Below the pieces are notes generated by a model. It did no database searches and had not been told where the DNA came from. It saw nothing but the letters and a program-made list of their open reading frames with translations. Of a DNA stretch of 64,000 bases, positions 1-13,189 are shown one piece after another (within the stretch, counting starts at the first letter, position 1; each line of letters starts with the position of its first letter). Where the stretch lies: NCBI GenBank assembly GCA_964016885.1, contig OZ024741.1:273854001-273918000 (forward strand). The letters run 5' to 3'. Position numbers and translations under genes: made by a program. Source of the DNA: Eledone cirrhosa (lineage: Eukaryota).

Positions 1-60
1 ACCAGTAAAAGAATAATCCCCAAACATGAATCTCTCAAAGATTTCGGAATAATAAGGTTT

Positions 61-425
61 CATCATCATCATCATCAGGCGGCCTCAGCCGAAATCGACT
101 CAGTAATTGACCTCCACGTGGGTCTGTCATTCAGTACCAGAATCTAAGGAGATGACATCGGGATTCAACGATTTTACTATATAGAAGTGAGTGAAACAAG
201 GACGCTTTCATCCAAACCACAAAAGCGCCTGATGGCACCTACGCTCGCCTACTTTGACGCATTCAGAACATAGGCTGGCGACATCTTACTTTGAAAGGAA
301 TATATGCCGGCCACCCAAGCATATCTGTCGTTGTACGTAAAAGGAGAGTAAGATTTGCTGGGCCACTGCCATCGTGCCACCTATGAGTCTGTGTCCCCAC
401 TAGTGCTTTGGAAACCACAAGCAGT
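61..425. mobile_element. Degenerate RTE-clade LINE 3' fragment with 5' inversion
   Basis: Minus 61-163 reads PDVISLDSG../LNDRPTWRSITESISAEAA* then a (TGA)n tail. Plus 164-425 reads STILLYRSE..KRL/DGTYARLL*RIQNIGWRH..RKRRVRF/GHCHR..LVLWKP, the RTE post-RT C-terminal motif series, with frameshifts. Confidence 0.7.
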
Positions 426-804
426 CATTAATAACAATGTTTAATAAAGCACAATTACCATTTCTAAGCTCCAGCATGGTCTGGCCCGTCACTCTGGTGT
501 CGAAGAGTGTTTAATTGGTGTCTGAGACATTCTTGATTAGAGTTTAATTAGTAAGTCGGACTCTTTGAATAGTCTTGGAACTGAACCAAATTTCACAAGA
601 ATTATAGAGTTGAAACGTTACTAAATTATATTGCATTGCTCAGATAAAATAACTTTCACCATTAACTATCGCAATTACTGGGACCAGATCCTGGCTGCCA
701 AGCATTACTTCTTGAAAGGTAGCAAAGAGAATGAGAGAGAAGTTGGGTAGAGGGAGAGAGATACGACATTATCACTTACTCTATATCTCTTTCTCTATCT
801 CAAT

Positions 805-1051
<247 letters not shown>

Positions 1052-1117
1052 GAAGAGAGAAGAAACATTTAGATATAATTAGTAATAAAATGTATCATAC
1101 CTAAACTGTTCCTAAAT

Positions 1118-1205
1118 TCCTCGACTACGTAGTTTCGTGGTATAAACAAAAACAATATATCAAAGATATAGAGTCCTTGCGAGGTCTGCCGACTTATCAA
1201 GAGGA
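1118..1205 (-). ncRNA. Type I hammerhead ribozyme, U3-A8 core variant, copy 1
   Basis: Minus strand: TCCTC-TTGATAA-GTCGGCA..(two internal hairpins)..TACCAC-GAAAC-TACGTA-GTC-GAGGA. Stem I TCCTC/GAGGA, palindromic stem III. This copy has one stem II mismatch relative to the others. Confidence 0.75.
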
Positions 1206-1708
1206 TACCTCATTTTACTAGTCTCAAGAACGCGTCTACACGACGTGAGAAAGAATCCCAAAAGGCGGAGGGGGAGATAGTCACGCGATATAACGGTCGA
1301 GAAACAGAGCTAAGCCTCTTATAACCACGAAGAAAATACCACGGAGGCGGAGGGGGTATTCATATCGAGGCCGCAGAAGAGGTAGTGAAGAAGGCGAGAA
1401 GTATGAGTAATGGAAGCTTTCCAGTTGTCCCCACACTTCAAAGATTGCTCGACCAGAGGGAGTTATTAATATATTTAGAAACACACAGATACATGCGGAC
1501 ACACACATATATACATGAATGCATCCGCACCCAACTGTGAGTTAAGGGTGCCAACTTCACCGATGTTGCTCAATGAATGACTGGGACAGACCAATTCAGT
1601 TTGAACTAGACTGAACCAGTATCAGAGTTAAAAATACATTATGAAGAGAGAAGAAACATTTAGATATAATTAGTAATAAAATGTATCATACCTAAACTGT
1701 TCCTAAAT

Positions 1709-1796
1709 TCCTCGACTACGTAGTTTCGTGGCATAAACAAAAACAATATATCAAAGATATAGAGTCCTTGCGAGGTCTGCCGACTTATCAAGAGGA
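1709..1796 (-). ncRNA. Type I hammerhead ribozyme, U3-A8 variant, copy 2
   Basis: Same motif at +591, stem II GTCGGCA/TGCCAC. Confidence 0.78.
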
Positions 1797-2299
1797 TACC
1801 TCATTTTACTAGTCTCAAGAACGCGTCTACACGACGTGAGAAAGAATCCCAAAAGGCGGAGGGGGAGATAGTCACGCGATATAACGGTCGAGAAACAGAG
1901 CTAAGCCTCTTATAACCACGAAGAAAATACCACGGAGGCGGAGGGGGTATTCATATCGAGGCCGCAGAAGAGGTAGTGAAGAAGGCGAGAAGTATGAGTA
2001 ATGGAAGCTTTCCAGTTGTCCCCACACTTCAAAGATTGCTCGACCAGAGGGAGTTATTAATATATTTAGAAACACACAGATACATGCGGACACACACATA
2101 TATACATGAATGCATCCGCACCCAACTGTGAGTTAAGGGTGCCAACTTCACCGATGTTGCTCAATGAATGACTGGGACAGACCAATTCAGTTTGAACTAG
2201 ACTGAACCAGTATCAGAGTTAAAAATACATTATGAAGAGATAAGAAACATTTAGATATAATTAGTAATAAAATGTATCATACCTAAACTGTTCCTAAAT

Positions 2300-2387
2300 T
2301 CCTCGACTACGTAGTTTCGTGGCATAAACAAAAACAATATATCAAAGATATAGAGTCCTTGCGAGGTCTGCCGACTTATCAAGAGGA
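2300..2387 (-). ncRNA. Type I hammerhead ribozyme, U3-A8 variant, copy 3
   Basis: Same motif at +1182. Confidence 0.78.
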
Positions 2388-2890
2388 TACCTCATTTTAC
2401 TAGTCTCAAGAACGCGTCTACACGACGTGAGAAAGAATCCCAAAAGGCGGAGGGGGAGATAGTCACGCGATATAACGGTCGAGAAACAGAGCTAAGCCTC
2501 TTATAACCACGAAGAAAATACCACGGAGGCGGAGGGGGTATTCATATCGAGGCCGCAGAAGAGGTAGTGAAGAAGGCGAGAAGTATGAGTAATGGAAGCT
2601 TTCCAGTTGTCCCCACACTTCAAAGATTGCTCGACCAGAGGGAGTTATTAATATATTTAGAAACACATAGATACATGCGGACACACACATATATACATGA
2701 ATGCATCCGCACCCAACTGTGAGTTAAGGGTGCCAACTTCACCGATGTTGCTCAATGAATGACTGGGACAGACCAATTCAGTTTGAACTAGACTGAACCA
2801 GTATCAGAGTTAAAAATACATTATGAAGAGATAAGAAACATTTAGATATAATTAGTAATAAAATGTATCATACCTAAACTGTTCCTAAAT

Positions 2891-2978
2891 TCCTCGACTA
2901 CGTAGTTTCGTGGCATAAACAAAAACAATATATCAAAGATATAGAGTCCTTGCGAGGTCTGCCGACTTATCAAGAGGA
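2891..2978 (-). ncRNA. Type I hammerhead ribozyme, U3-A8 variant, copy 4
   Basis: Same motif at +1773. Confidence 0.78.
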
Positions 2979-3481
2979 TACCTCATTTTACTAGTCTCAA
3001 GAACGCGTCTACACGACGTGAGAAAGAATCCCAAAAGGCGGAGGGGGAGATAGTCACGCGATATAACGGTCGAGAAACAGAGCTAAGCCTCTTATAACCA
3101 CGAAGAAAATACCACGGAGGCGGAGGGGGTATTCATATCGAGGCCGCAGAAGAGGTAGTGAAGAAGGCGAGAAGTATGAGTAATGGAAGCTTTCCAGTTG
3201 TCCCCACACTTCAAAGATTGCTCGACCAGAGGGAGTTATTAATATATTTAGAAACACATAGATACATGCGGACACACACATATATACATGAATGCATCCG
3301 CACCCAACTGTGAGTTAAGGGTGCCAACTTCACCGATGTTGCTCAATGAATGACTGGGACAGACCAATTCAGTTTGAACTAGACTGAACCAGTATCAGAG
3401 TTAAAAATACATTATGAAGAGAGAAGAAACATTTAGATATAATTAGTAATAAAATGTATCATACCTAAACTGTTCCTAAAT

Positions 3482-3569
3482 TCCTCGACTACGTAGTTTC
3501 GTGGCATAAACAAAAACAATATATCAAAGATATAGAGTCCTTGCGAGGTCTGCCGACTTATCAAGAGGA
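3482..3569 (-). ncRNA. Type I hammerhead ribozyme, U3-A8 variant, copy 5
   Basis: Same motif at +2364. Confidence 0.78.
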
Positions 3570-3807
3570 TACCTCATTTTACTAGTCTCAAGAACGCGTC
3601 TACACGACGTGAGAATTATATCTAAATGTTTCTTCTCTCTTCATAATGTATTTTTAACTCTGATACTGGTTCAGTCTAGTTCAAACTGAATTGGTCTGTC
3701 CCAGTCATTCATTGAGCAACATCGGTGAAGTTGGCACCCTTAACTCACAGTTGGGTGCGGATGCATTCATGTATATATGTGTGTGTCCGCATGTATCTGT
3801 GTGTTTC

Positions 3808-3860
<53 letters not shown>

Positions 3861-4080
3861 AAGGCGGGTAAAATTCCCGAGTTCCATGAACTATAAACAA
3901 TACACATATATATGTATATATATATATATATGAATATTGTTATACTTGAGGAGGGTCATATTGTTGTAATAATATTGCCAGAAATAATAACAGAACACAC
4001 TCACTGTTTGGTTGGTTTTCGCTTCTGTATCTTTTGTATCTCCATAGTTAATTTATTTGGCAATCAACGTTTATCATTGA

Positions 4081-5113
4081 TTAGCATTAAAGCCCGGCGT
4101 TGCTCTGGGTCAGTAAGTTACCAAAGTTAGGTTGCACCACCCATTTTATGGCAGCACTTTTTTGTCTGCCAGGAACTGGGTGAATGAATTGCAGACCTGG
4201 ACTGCCGAAGCAGAAGCTGCGCCACCAGTGACAATTGTAGTTTCGCCTATGGATATTATCTCTGTGCAAAGAAGTGTTGAAATTTATTGTTTCACAGTAC
4301 TTGCGCAACACGCGCGTAGACGATGCCAGCCGAACAACAAAGCTGCGATGGAGTTGTTCTGCATGGTTGTCTAATGTGTTTTCAAAATTTAAGACAGTAG
4401 GGAGGGTGTGATATGGGGGAGGTTAGCTGCTGTTTCTAGCAGGTTTAGTGACCTCATAGAGGATATGTTTTCTAAATTTAAGACAGTAGGGAGTGGTGTG
4501 ATATTGGGGAGAGTTAGCTGCTGTTTCTAGCAGGTTTAGTGACCTCATAGAGGATATTATTGTGTATAGTAAATGAACTGATACTTCTTTCTTCCACGTT
4601 CGTTGGTAGATGTTATTAAAAAGATTTATCGCTATTTTTTCTGTTGATGAATAAATTTAACTGTTGCTTTTGAATAATTGTTGTTTCGTATGAAATGTAA
4701 TAAGTTCTCTTTGTCATTGAAGTAAATAAATGTTTGACCGTTCCACACTCAAAAACAAACGTTCTCTCTCTCTCACCCTCTCACTCACTCTCTCTCTCTC
4801 TTAAATTTGTAAGTTTAATCGTATATAAGAGAAAGTTGCAGCATGTATGTAGTTTTATCGAATTTTAAGGTGCGTAGAGAGAGGTAATCTGATTGTATTA
4901 GAGAGCTAAAGCGTCATGTATTTAGTTTTATCGATTATTTCCATAATTGTGGGTGAGTTTGAATTAAATAAATAGTTGTTCACCTAATATAGACCATTTA
5001 CAACATTCTTACAGACTTTGAGTCGAATCGGTTTGAAATTGTGCTAATATATAAACATGGAACATGCATACACACACACACAACAACAACAATCTGCCTT
5101 TTATAGATAATGA
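4081..5113 (-). mobile_element. Non-autonomous Helitron-like element
   Basis: Minus strand begins A|TCATTATCTATAAA at 5113 and ends CCCAGAGCAACGCCGGG-N-CTAA|T at 4081. 4081-4555 is homologous to 59826-60507, including about 2 units of a ~90-bp minisatellite. Confidence 0.65.
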
Positions 5114-5787
5114 TTGACCAGTGGTTAAAAACACAGATATAAATATATATATATAGTCTATCAAAGTTCTTTTGTTGCACATCTGCAACATCATCAATGG
5201 TACTATTACGTTCCCTCCTATTGTATTGTAATGTCTATGCCATTTTTATTTTATTTATTTCTTTATTTCTTCTTTTCTGTCTCTGCGCATGCGTTTGCGT
5301 ATGTGTATAATGTTTGATGTGTGTGTTCGCGTTTGAGTGTATGTGTTTTAGTTTTTGTATTCTATCTTTGTTCACTAGTGTGTGTTTATATGTGTCTGTT
5401 GTTATTGTACTTTATTTATTTATATTTCCATTAAGTCAGTATTGTTTGTTTGGGTATGGTTGTTGTTGTTATTCCATTCATTTTTTCTGTTTAACTTTGG
5501 TCTTCTTAGCTCTATCTCTCTCTATATATATATACCAGGTGGTGCTATTAAGTTAGACATGGCCAGGGCCACTACTGATCGAAACCTACCACAGTTAAAG
5601 TTATATATATATATATATATATCAGGATCGAACCTCTTTTAAGAATAGTTAGACTATTTTTCAACAGAGTACTCGATACTTGAGATAGTAGAAAGACCCG
5701 GGGCTCAACGGCTGACCTGGAAACAGCTGTTGAAACGGCAAGTGCTCGCTCTCTTTCTCACTCACTCACACACACACACCCTCTCCT

Positions 5788-5882
<95 letters not shown>

Positions 5883-6081
5883 AGATAAGCAGAACAAGTA
5901 AAATTCAACCAATTTTTCAAAATAAATCAAAATTAATATACAATTAAAATTAATCAAAATTAAAAAATATAATATAAATATTTACCTATTTCAATGGCCC
6001 TAACTGTACAGTTTCACGGTGCAAAACATTAAATATCACGAGGATATTAATGGAATATATATGTATATATATATGTATATA

Positions 6082-6168
<87 letters not shown>

Positions 6169-6221
6169 GTATATATATATGTATATATATATGTATATAT
6201 ATATGTATATATATATGTATA

Positions 6222-6284
<63 letters not shown>

Positions 6285-6324
6285 AAAAAATGAAACGAAA
6301 TTTCATTTCTCACTCTAAGTACGG

Positions 6325-6360
6325 CTGACGATAGCTAATAAACTTGAAACTAGTACATCG
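6325..6360 (+). ncRNA. Hammerhead core with 5' strand of stem I removed by the inversion
   Basis: CTGACGA-TAGCTAATAAACTT-GAAAC-TA-GTA-CATCG. Confidence 0.6.
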
Positions 6361-6749
6361 TTCCTTTGTCAGTGTTGAACAAAAGGGCAACGATGGTTGC
6401 TAGACACTGTACGGCTTAATTCGTGATGTTTGTTTACAAACAAACCGAGCATTATAATAAATGCTCGGTAAATCCATACGTACATATATATATGTGTGCA
6501 TGTATGTATATATATATACATACTACTGTACGTCTGTATACATATATGTATGTACGTGTACATACATATATTTAAGTAAAAGCCGTACTAAGAGTGGGAA
6601 ATGAAATTTCGTTTCATTTTTTCCATTTATCGTTTTCCGTGCGCCCGGCCGATTAACTCAATCGATATGAAAATTAGGCTGCTCAGCCGTTAATATGCAT
6701 AAGGAAAGTATATACTTTCAGACGTTCAACTATCTGGCAGGAAAGTATA

Positions 6750-6790
6750 CGGTGCTGACGATAGCTAATAAGCTTGAAACTAGTACATCG
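6750..6790 (+). ncRNA. Minimal type I hammerhead ribozyme
   Basis: CGGTG-CTGACGA-TAGCT AATA AGCTT-GAAAC-TA-GTA-CATCG. Palindromic ACTAGT stem III as in dimer-forming minimal HHRs. Confidence 0.85.
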
Positions 6791-7186
6791 TTCCTTTGTC
6801 AGTGTTGAACAAACGAGCAACGATGGTTGCTAGACACTACGGCTTAATACGGGATGTTTGTTTACAAACACACCGAGCATTATAATAAATGCTCGGTATA
6901 TCCATACGTACATATATATATGTGTGCATGTATGTATATATATATATATATATATACATACTACTGTACGTCTGTATAAATATATGTATGTACGTGTACA
7001 TACTTATATTTAAGTAAAAGCCGTACTAAGAGTGGGAAATGAAATTTCGTTTCATTTTTTCATTTATCGTTTTCGGTGCGCCCGGCCGATTAACTCACTC
7101 GATATGCAAATTAGGCTGCTCAGCCGTTAATATGGATAAGGAAAGTATATACTTTCAGACGTTCAACCATCTGGCAGGAAGGTATA

Positions 7187-7227
7187 CGGTGCTGACGATA
7201 GCTAATAAGCTTGAAACTAGTACATCG
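7187..7227 (+). ncRNA. Minimal type I hammerhead ribozyme
   Basis: Identical to 6750-6790. Confidence 0.85.
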
Positions 7228-7433
7228 TTCCTTTGTCAGTGTTGAACAAATGAGCAACGATGGTTGCTAGACACTACGGCTTAATACGGGATGTTTGTTT
7301 ACAAACACACCGAGCATTATAATAAATGCTCGGTAAATCCATACGTACATATATATATGTGTGCATGTATGTATATATATATACATACTACTGTACGTCT
7401 GTATAAATATATGTATGTACGTGTACATACTTA

Positions 7434-7473
<40 letters not shown>

Positions 7474-7664
7474 AATATATCCCTCATTCTAACCACGGAT
7501 ACTGTCTCCATTAACATACCACACCTTAAAATAATAAATCCATCGACAGCTCCACACAGAACATGTTTCTTGGTGTAACACATCTCGCATTATCTCTCGT
7601 CATTTGACATCTCCAAAACATGAAACTTTCCTGTAAACACACCACTAATAACCCCCCTCACTCT

Positions 7665-8230
<566 letters not shown>

Positions 8231-8254
8231 CTCCATCTTTATCTACAACTGCTG

Positions 8255-9262
8255 CCACTAACACCACCACCTATATCAGTAACACCAACACAACCAGCAC
8301 CTCCACCAACACCACTAATACCACTAATACCAACAACACCACCAACACCATCATCAACACCAACAACACCACCACCTATATCAGCAACACCAACACAACC
8401 AGCACCACCACCAACACCTACAGCAACAACACCAACATCACTACCAACAACACCACCAACACAACCAACAACACCAACAACACCAACAACACCAACACCT
8501 ATACAAATACCTCTGCCAACACCACCAACAGCAACACCACCAACACCACCATCACCACCACCAACACCACCATCACGACCACCAACACCACCATCACCAA
8601 CACCACCCCCACCATTAACACCATCAACACCACCATCACCACCACCAACAACACCATCACCACCACCAACACCACCATTCACCATCACCACCACCATCAT
8701 CAACACCAAAACCAACACCAAGACCATCATCGACACCACCACCACTATCACCATCAACACCACCATCACCACCACCAACACCACCCCCACCATCAACACC
8801 ACCATCAACACCACCACCATTACCACCAACACCACCACCATCAACACCACCATCACCACCACAAGCACCACCACGACATCAGCAACACCACCATCAACAC
8901 CAACACCACAACCAACATCAACATCACCACTATCACCACCATCAACACGACCACCAACACCACCACCACCACCATCAAAACCACCACAACCACCATCAAC
9001 ACCACCACCATCACCACCACAACAACCACCACAACAACCACGGCCACAAGCACCACCACCACCACCACCACCACCCCACTATCATCAACTCCCCCCACCA
9101 TCAACACCACCACCACCACCACCCCACTATCATCAACTCCCCCCACCATCAACACTACCACCACCACCAGCAGCACCAGCTCCAGCACCACCACTACCAT
9201 CAACACCAACACCAGCACCACAACCACCATATACAACAACACCACCACCATCAACACCACCT
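8255..9262. repeat. Degenerate (CAC/CAA/CAT)n trinucleotide tract
   Basis: Direct reading. Source of the Thr/His/Pro-rich pseudo-ORFs. Confidence 0.9.
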
Positions 9263-9525
9263 GCCGGGGATTATCTCCCCATTATTTATATTTTTCAATA
9301 CTTTGGGTTCCATGTTTTTTGTTGGTTTTCACACAGCCACAAATACAACACACACACACAGTCACACGCACACATAAACTTATACACATACTTAATATAC
9401 ACAGATAAACACACACATAAAACCAAACACAGACACGCACACACTCACACAGACTCTGTCATACACGCTCTCTCGACTTTTCCCTTTAATTATCCCAGTT
9501 ATTTTTCTCTCTCCTCCTATATATC

Positions 9526-9675
<150 letters not shown>

Positions 9676-9767
9676 TACCTAATAGTTCTGCCATCTTGAA
9701 AATAAATTAACCATCAATATTGCAGCGAAACCATATTTGCTAATTATAATCATTGTAACAAACTGCA

Positions 9768-10146
9768 ACATACATACATACATATATACATACATACATA
9801 CACCCATTTATACATAAATACATACGTACATACATACACACATTTATACATAAATACATACATACATACATACATACATACATACATAGAAACATACATA
9901 CACACATACATAAATACATACATACATGCATATATGCATACATATTAACATACATACATACACACATACATACATACACACATTTATACATACATACATG
10001 CATACATACTTACCTAAACATACATACTTATCTAAACGCATACATAAATATATACATACATAAACAAATGCATTTATAAACACATACATAAACGTACATA
10101 CATGCACACATGAATATATACCTACATACATACATGCATACATACA
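9768..10146. repeat. Degenerate (TACA)n microsatellite
   Basis: Direct reading. Confidence 0.9.
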
Positions 10147-11153
10147 TGGTGGCTGCCAACTCGTTTTCGAGTACGGCCACTACTTTATATCCATGTAGGA
10201 GAACCCCTACCGATGCGCTGGACGAGTGTGACTTTTTAGTCCAGCCAGCGACTTGAAAACTCTGGTACAAACACTACACTTGTGACAATTATTGACACAT
10301 AGTGCTTTGCCTTTGGTACCATGTGACGACAAGTGCAGAGAGATCTCCAGATACAAAGCAATGCCTGTGCCGTGAAGCTTTTATAGTGAGCAAAGGCACT
10401 GCACAAAGCCAGTCGCACTCTCTTAACCAAGATGATATTTACCAAAAAGAAGAACAAGTCAACATCATTGGATACCATCAGGGTTGCAGGTATTATATCA
10501 GAGTTTTCCTTCTCCTAGAATTCTGCCTTGACAAAGGCTAAGGGGTCATCTCTCCCAGTGATTTTGGATGGCCATTGACTCTTAAGAGCTCCTTTGCCCT
10601 TTGACAGGTTTTGTTTTTAGTCCTGCAGGATGTCCAAAGTCACCCTCCTCACCAAGAAACCTTGGTGGGGTTGCCAGTTTAGTCGCCAACGACCCGACCA
10701 TGAGACAGGTTGTACTGGGATACATACATACATAAATGGTGGCTGCCAACTCGTTTTCGAGTACGGCCACTACTTTATATCCATGTAGGAGAAACCCTAC
10801 CGATGCGCTGAACGAGTGTGACTTTTTAGTCCAGCCAGCAACTTGAAAACTCTGGTACAAACACTACACTTGTGACAATTACTGACACATAGTGCTGGGT
10901 CCAAGGTATCATGTGATGACAAGTGCAGATAGATCTCCAGATATAAAGCAATGCCTGTGCCGTGAAGCTTTTATAGTGAGCAAAGGCACTGCACAAAGCC
11001 AGTCCCACTCTCTTAACCAAGATGATATTTACCAAATAGAAGAACAAGTCAACATCATTGGATACTATCAGGGTTGCAGGTGTTATATCAGAGTTTTCCT
11101 TCTAGAATTCTGCCTTGACAAAGGCTAAGGGGTCATCTCTAAGGGGTCATCTC
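10146..11153 (-). mobile_element. 590-bp unit x1.7 in (TACA)n, probable RTE-related non-autonomous element
   Basis: 10146-10553 is repeated at 10736-11140 with scattered substitutions. (TACA)n lies at both ends and at the unit junction. Segments resemble RTE untranslated regions (from recall, not aligned). Confidence 0.55.
10674..10747 (-). ncRNA. Candidate HDV-like ribozyme
   Basis: Minus strand: P1 GGCAGCC; J1/2 with (TATG)n; P2 CCAGT; P3 CAACC/GGTCG; L3 TGTCTCAT; P1' GGTCGTT; GG; CGA; CTAA; P2' ACTGG. One mismatch each in P1 and P3, and P4 is nearly absent. Confidence 0.4.
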
Positions 11154-11201
11154 TACATACATACATACATACATACATACATACATACATACATACATAC
11201 A

Positions 11202-11233
<32 letters not shown>

Positions 11234-11431
11234 CAGGCGCATCATGCTCTTACACATGCACAATCCCATATATATGCATATATACATACTTCGTCAAACA
11301 ATATATACCGTATATATTCGTACCTAAGTAATACTGGCAGATAGGTCGTACATCCAATTTACATACATGCATTGCATTTTGCATATATGCACCGTAATTT
11401 TACGATCTGAGGTTCTGTAGGTTCACTATGT

Positions 11432-12155
11432 GGAGGGCGTGTGTCCTAGATGATAATGTCGTGGGTTCGATTCCTGGTCTGGGTTGTGCGTTGTGTTCGT
11501 GAGCAAAACACTTCATTTTCCGCTGTTCCAATAGCTGGGGCATTAAGCCTGCAATAGACTGGTGTCCTGTCCAGGAGAAAGTCTTGTACTGTCAGTCGTA
11601 TGCCATCACAGAAACCAGGATAAGCACCATGCTGATGAGCCTCTATGCTCGAGGCAGACTTTAACCCTACGATGGACTGGTGTCCTGTCTAGGAGAGACT
11701 CTCAATCACTTAACGCCATTGAAACCAGACTAAGAACCAGTTTTCCCGGCGCAGACTTTAACCCTGCGATGGACTGACGTCCTGTCAGGAGAAACTCTCA
11801 ATCACTTAACGCCATTGAAACCAGACTAAGCACCAGTTGGCTCGGGGAAGACTTTAACCCTACGATGGACTGACGTCCTGTCCAGGAGACACTCTCAATC
11901 ACTTAACGCCATTGAAACCAGACTAAGCACCAGTTGGCTCGGGGCAGACTTTAACCCTGCGATGGACTGACGTCCTGTCCAGGAGAAACTCTCAATCACT
12001 TAACGCCATTGAAACCAGACTAAGCACCAGTTGGCTCGGGGCAGACTTTAACACTGCGATGGACTGGCGTCCTGTCCAGGACGAGGGATTGTACAACCAG
12101 TCGCCTCAGGTCAGCTTATTCGGGATAAGCACCAGTCTGATGAGCCTATGGCTCG
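11432..12155 (+). mobile_element. tRNA-derived SINE (family 2) with internally amplified 3' segment
   Basis: B-box-like GGTTCGATTCC at ~11464. Head shared with 45925-46563 and 51559-51704. 97-bp tandem x4.3 at 11655-12080. Confidence 0.65.
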
Positions 12156-12370
12156 AGTAAAAAATTTCGGGTTTGTAGGTTCAGTAGATAAGTCGCATGC
12201 TAGTTTTTTTCACGCTGTATTTTCATGGGAGAATATGCAGGAGAAAGGTACTGTATATCTCTGCCAAGCACACACACAATACACAAATACACGTACACAC
12301 ACACACGTACATACACACACTCAGGTACACACGCACACAAAAACACACATATTTATGTATGTATATATAT

Positions 12371-12590
12371 ATTAGAAATTAGAAATTATAAGCTTTCACC
12401 GTATTTTAGACGTACATGTACGGCAACACTCATCTTTTTCCATTTCTCAGAGGATTATAAACCCCACTATCAGGCTAGAAATTTCTTTAGTCTAAAATAC
12501 GGTGAAAGCTTATAATTTCTAATTTCTAATTTTCAAGCTCGCGCACCGTTTCAAAAACATACTTACATGTTTACATTTATAATTTGCTTG
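12371..12590. repeat. (TA)-flanked element with 41-bp inverted repeat
   Basis: 12371-12411 is the reverse complement of 12490-12530. Confidence 0.75.
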
Positions 12591-12665
12591 TATATATATA
12601 TATATTTTTTTTTCTGTATATATGCTAGACTCGGTCAAGCAAATACATATACTACCCCTGTGGCT

Positions 12666-13030
12666 AAGAAGAAGAAGAAGAAGAAGAAGAAGAAAAGAAG
12701 GAGGGGGAGAAGAAGAAGAAGAAGAAGAAGAAGAAGAAGAAGAAGAAGAAGAAGAAGAAGAAGAAGAAGAAGAAGAAAAGAAGGAGGGGGAGAAGAAGAA
12801 GAAGAAGAAGAAGAAGAAGAAGAAGAAGAAGAAGAAGAAGAAGAAGAAGAAGAAGAAGAAGAAAAGAAGGAGGGGGAGAAGAAGAAGAAAAGAAGAAGAA
12901 GAAGAAGAAAAGAAGGAGGGGGAGAAGAAGAAGAAGAAGAAGAAGAAGAAGAAGAAGAAGACGAAGAAGAAGAAGAAGAAGAAGAAGAAGAAGAAGAAGA
13001 AGAAGAAGAAGAAGAAGAAGAAGAAGAAGA
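12666..13030. repeat. (GAA)n with recurring AAGAAGGAGGGGGA interruptions
   Basis: Direct reading. Confidence 0.95.
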
Positions 13031-13189
13031 TTCTTGTGACTCACCATGATAAATATGTCTTTTTAATAACGTATATATATATACATATTTTTCTTTTTGT
13101 CATATTTTTCATTGACATGTTTAAGTGCCCGGATGGAATAGAATTGTATGAAACCACAATGGCGACCGTGTTACATGAACCGTCTATCG

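Larger units (their letters stand above)
6281..7440 (+). mobile_element. Hammerhead-bearing tandem element, ~430-437-bp unit x2.6 with 5' inversion
   Basis: Cores at 6325, 6755 and 7192. 6281-6326 is the reverse complement of 6581-6626. (TA)n flanks. Confidence 0.85.

Noticed and set aside
1281-3281. Repeated 75-aa ORF in the 591-bp unit
   Set aside because: No recognisable motif, and it starts in a TG repeat. Its recurrence only reflects unit identity.
5640-5745. GAAACAGCTGTT palindrome as a hammerhead stem III
   Set aside because: I could not assign a CUGANGA-like core or stem I.
11632-12155. CTGATGAG motifs at ~11632 and ~12137 as hammerheads
   Set aside because: They are followed by a GAGCC/GGCTC hairpin but no GAAA or stem III, so they are better explained as the SINE 3' stem-loop.
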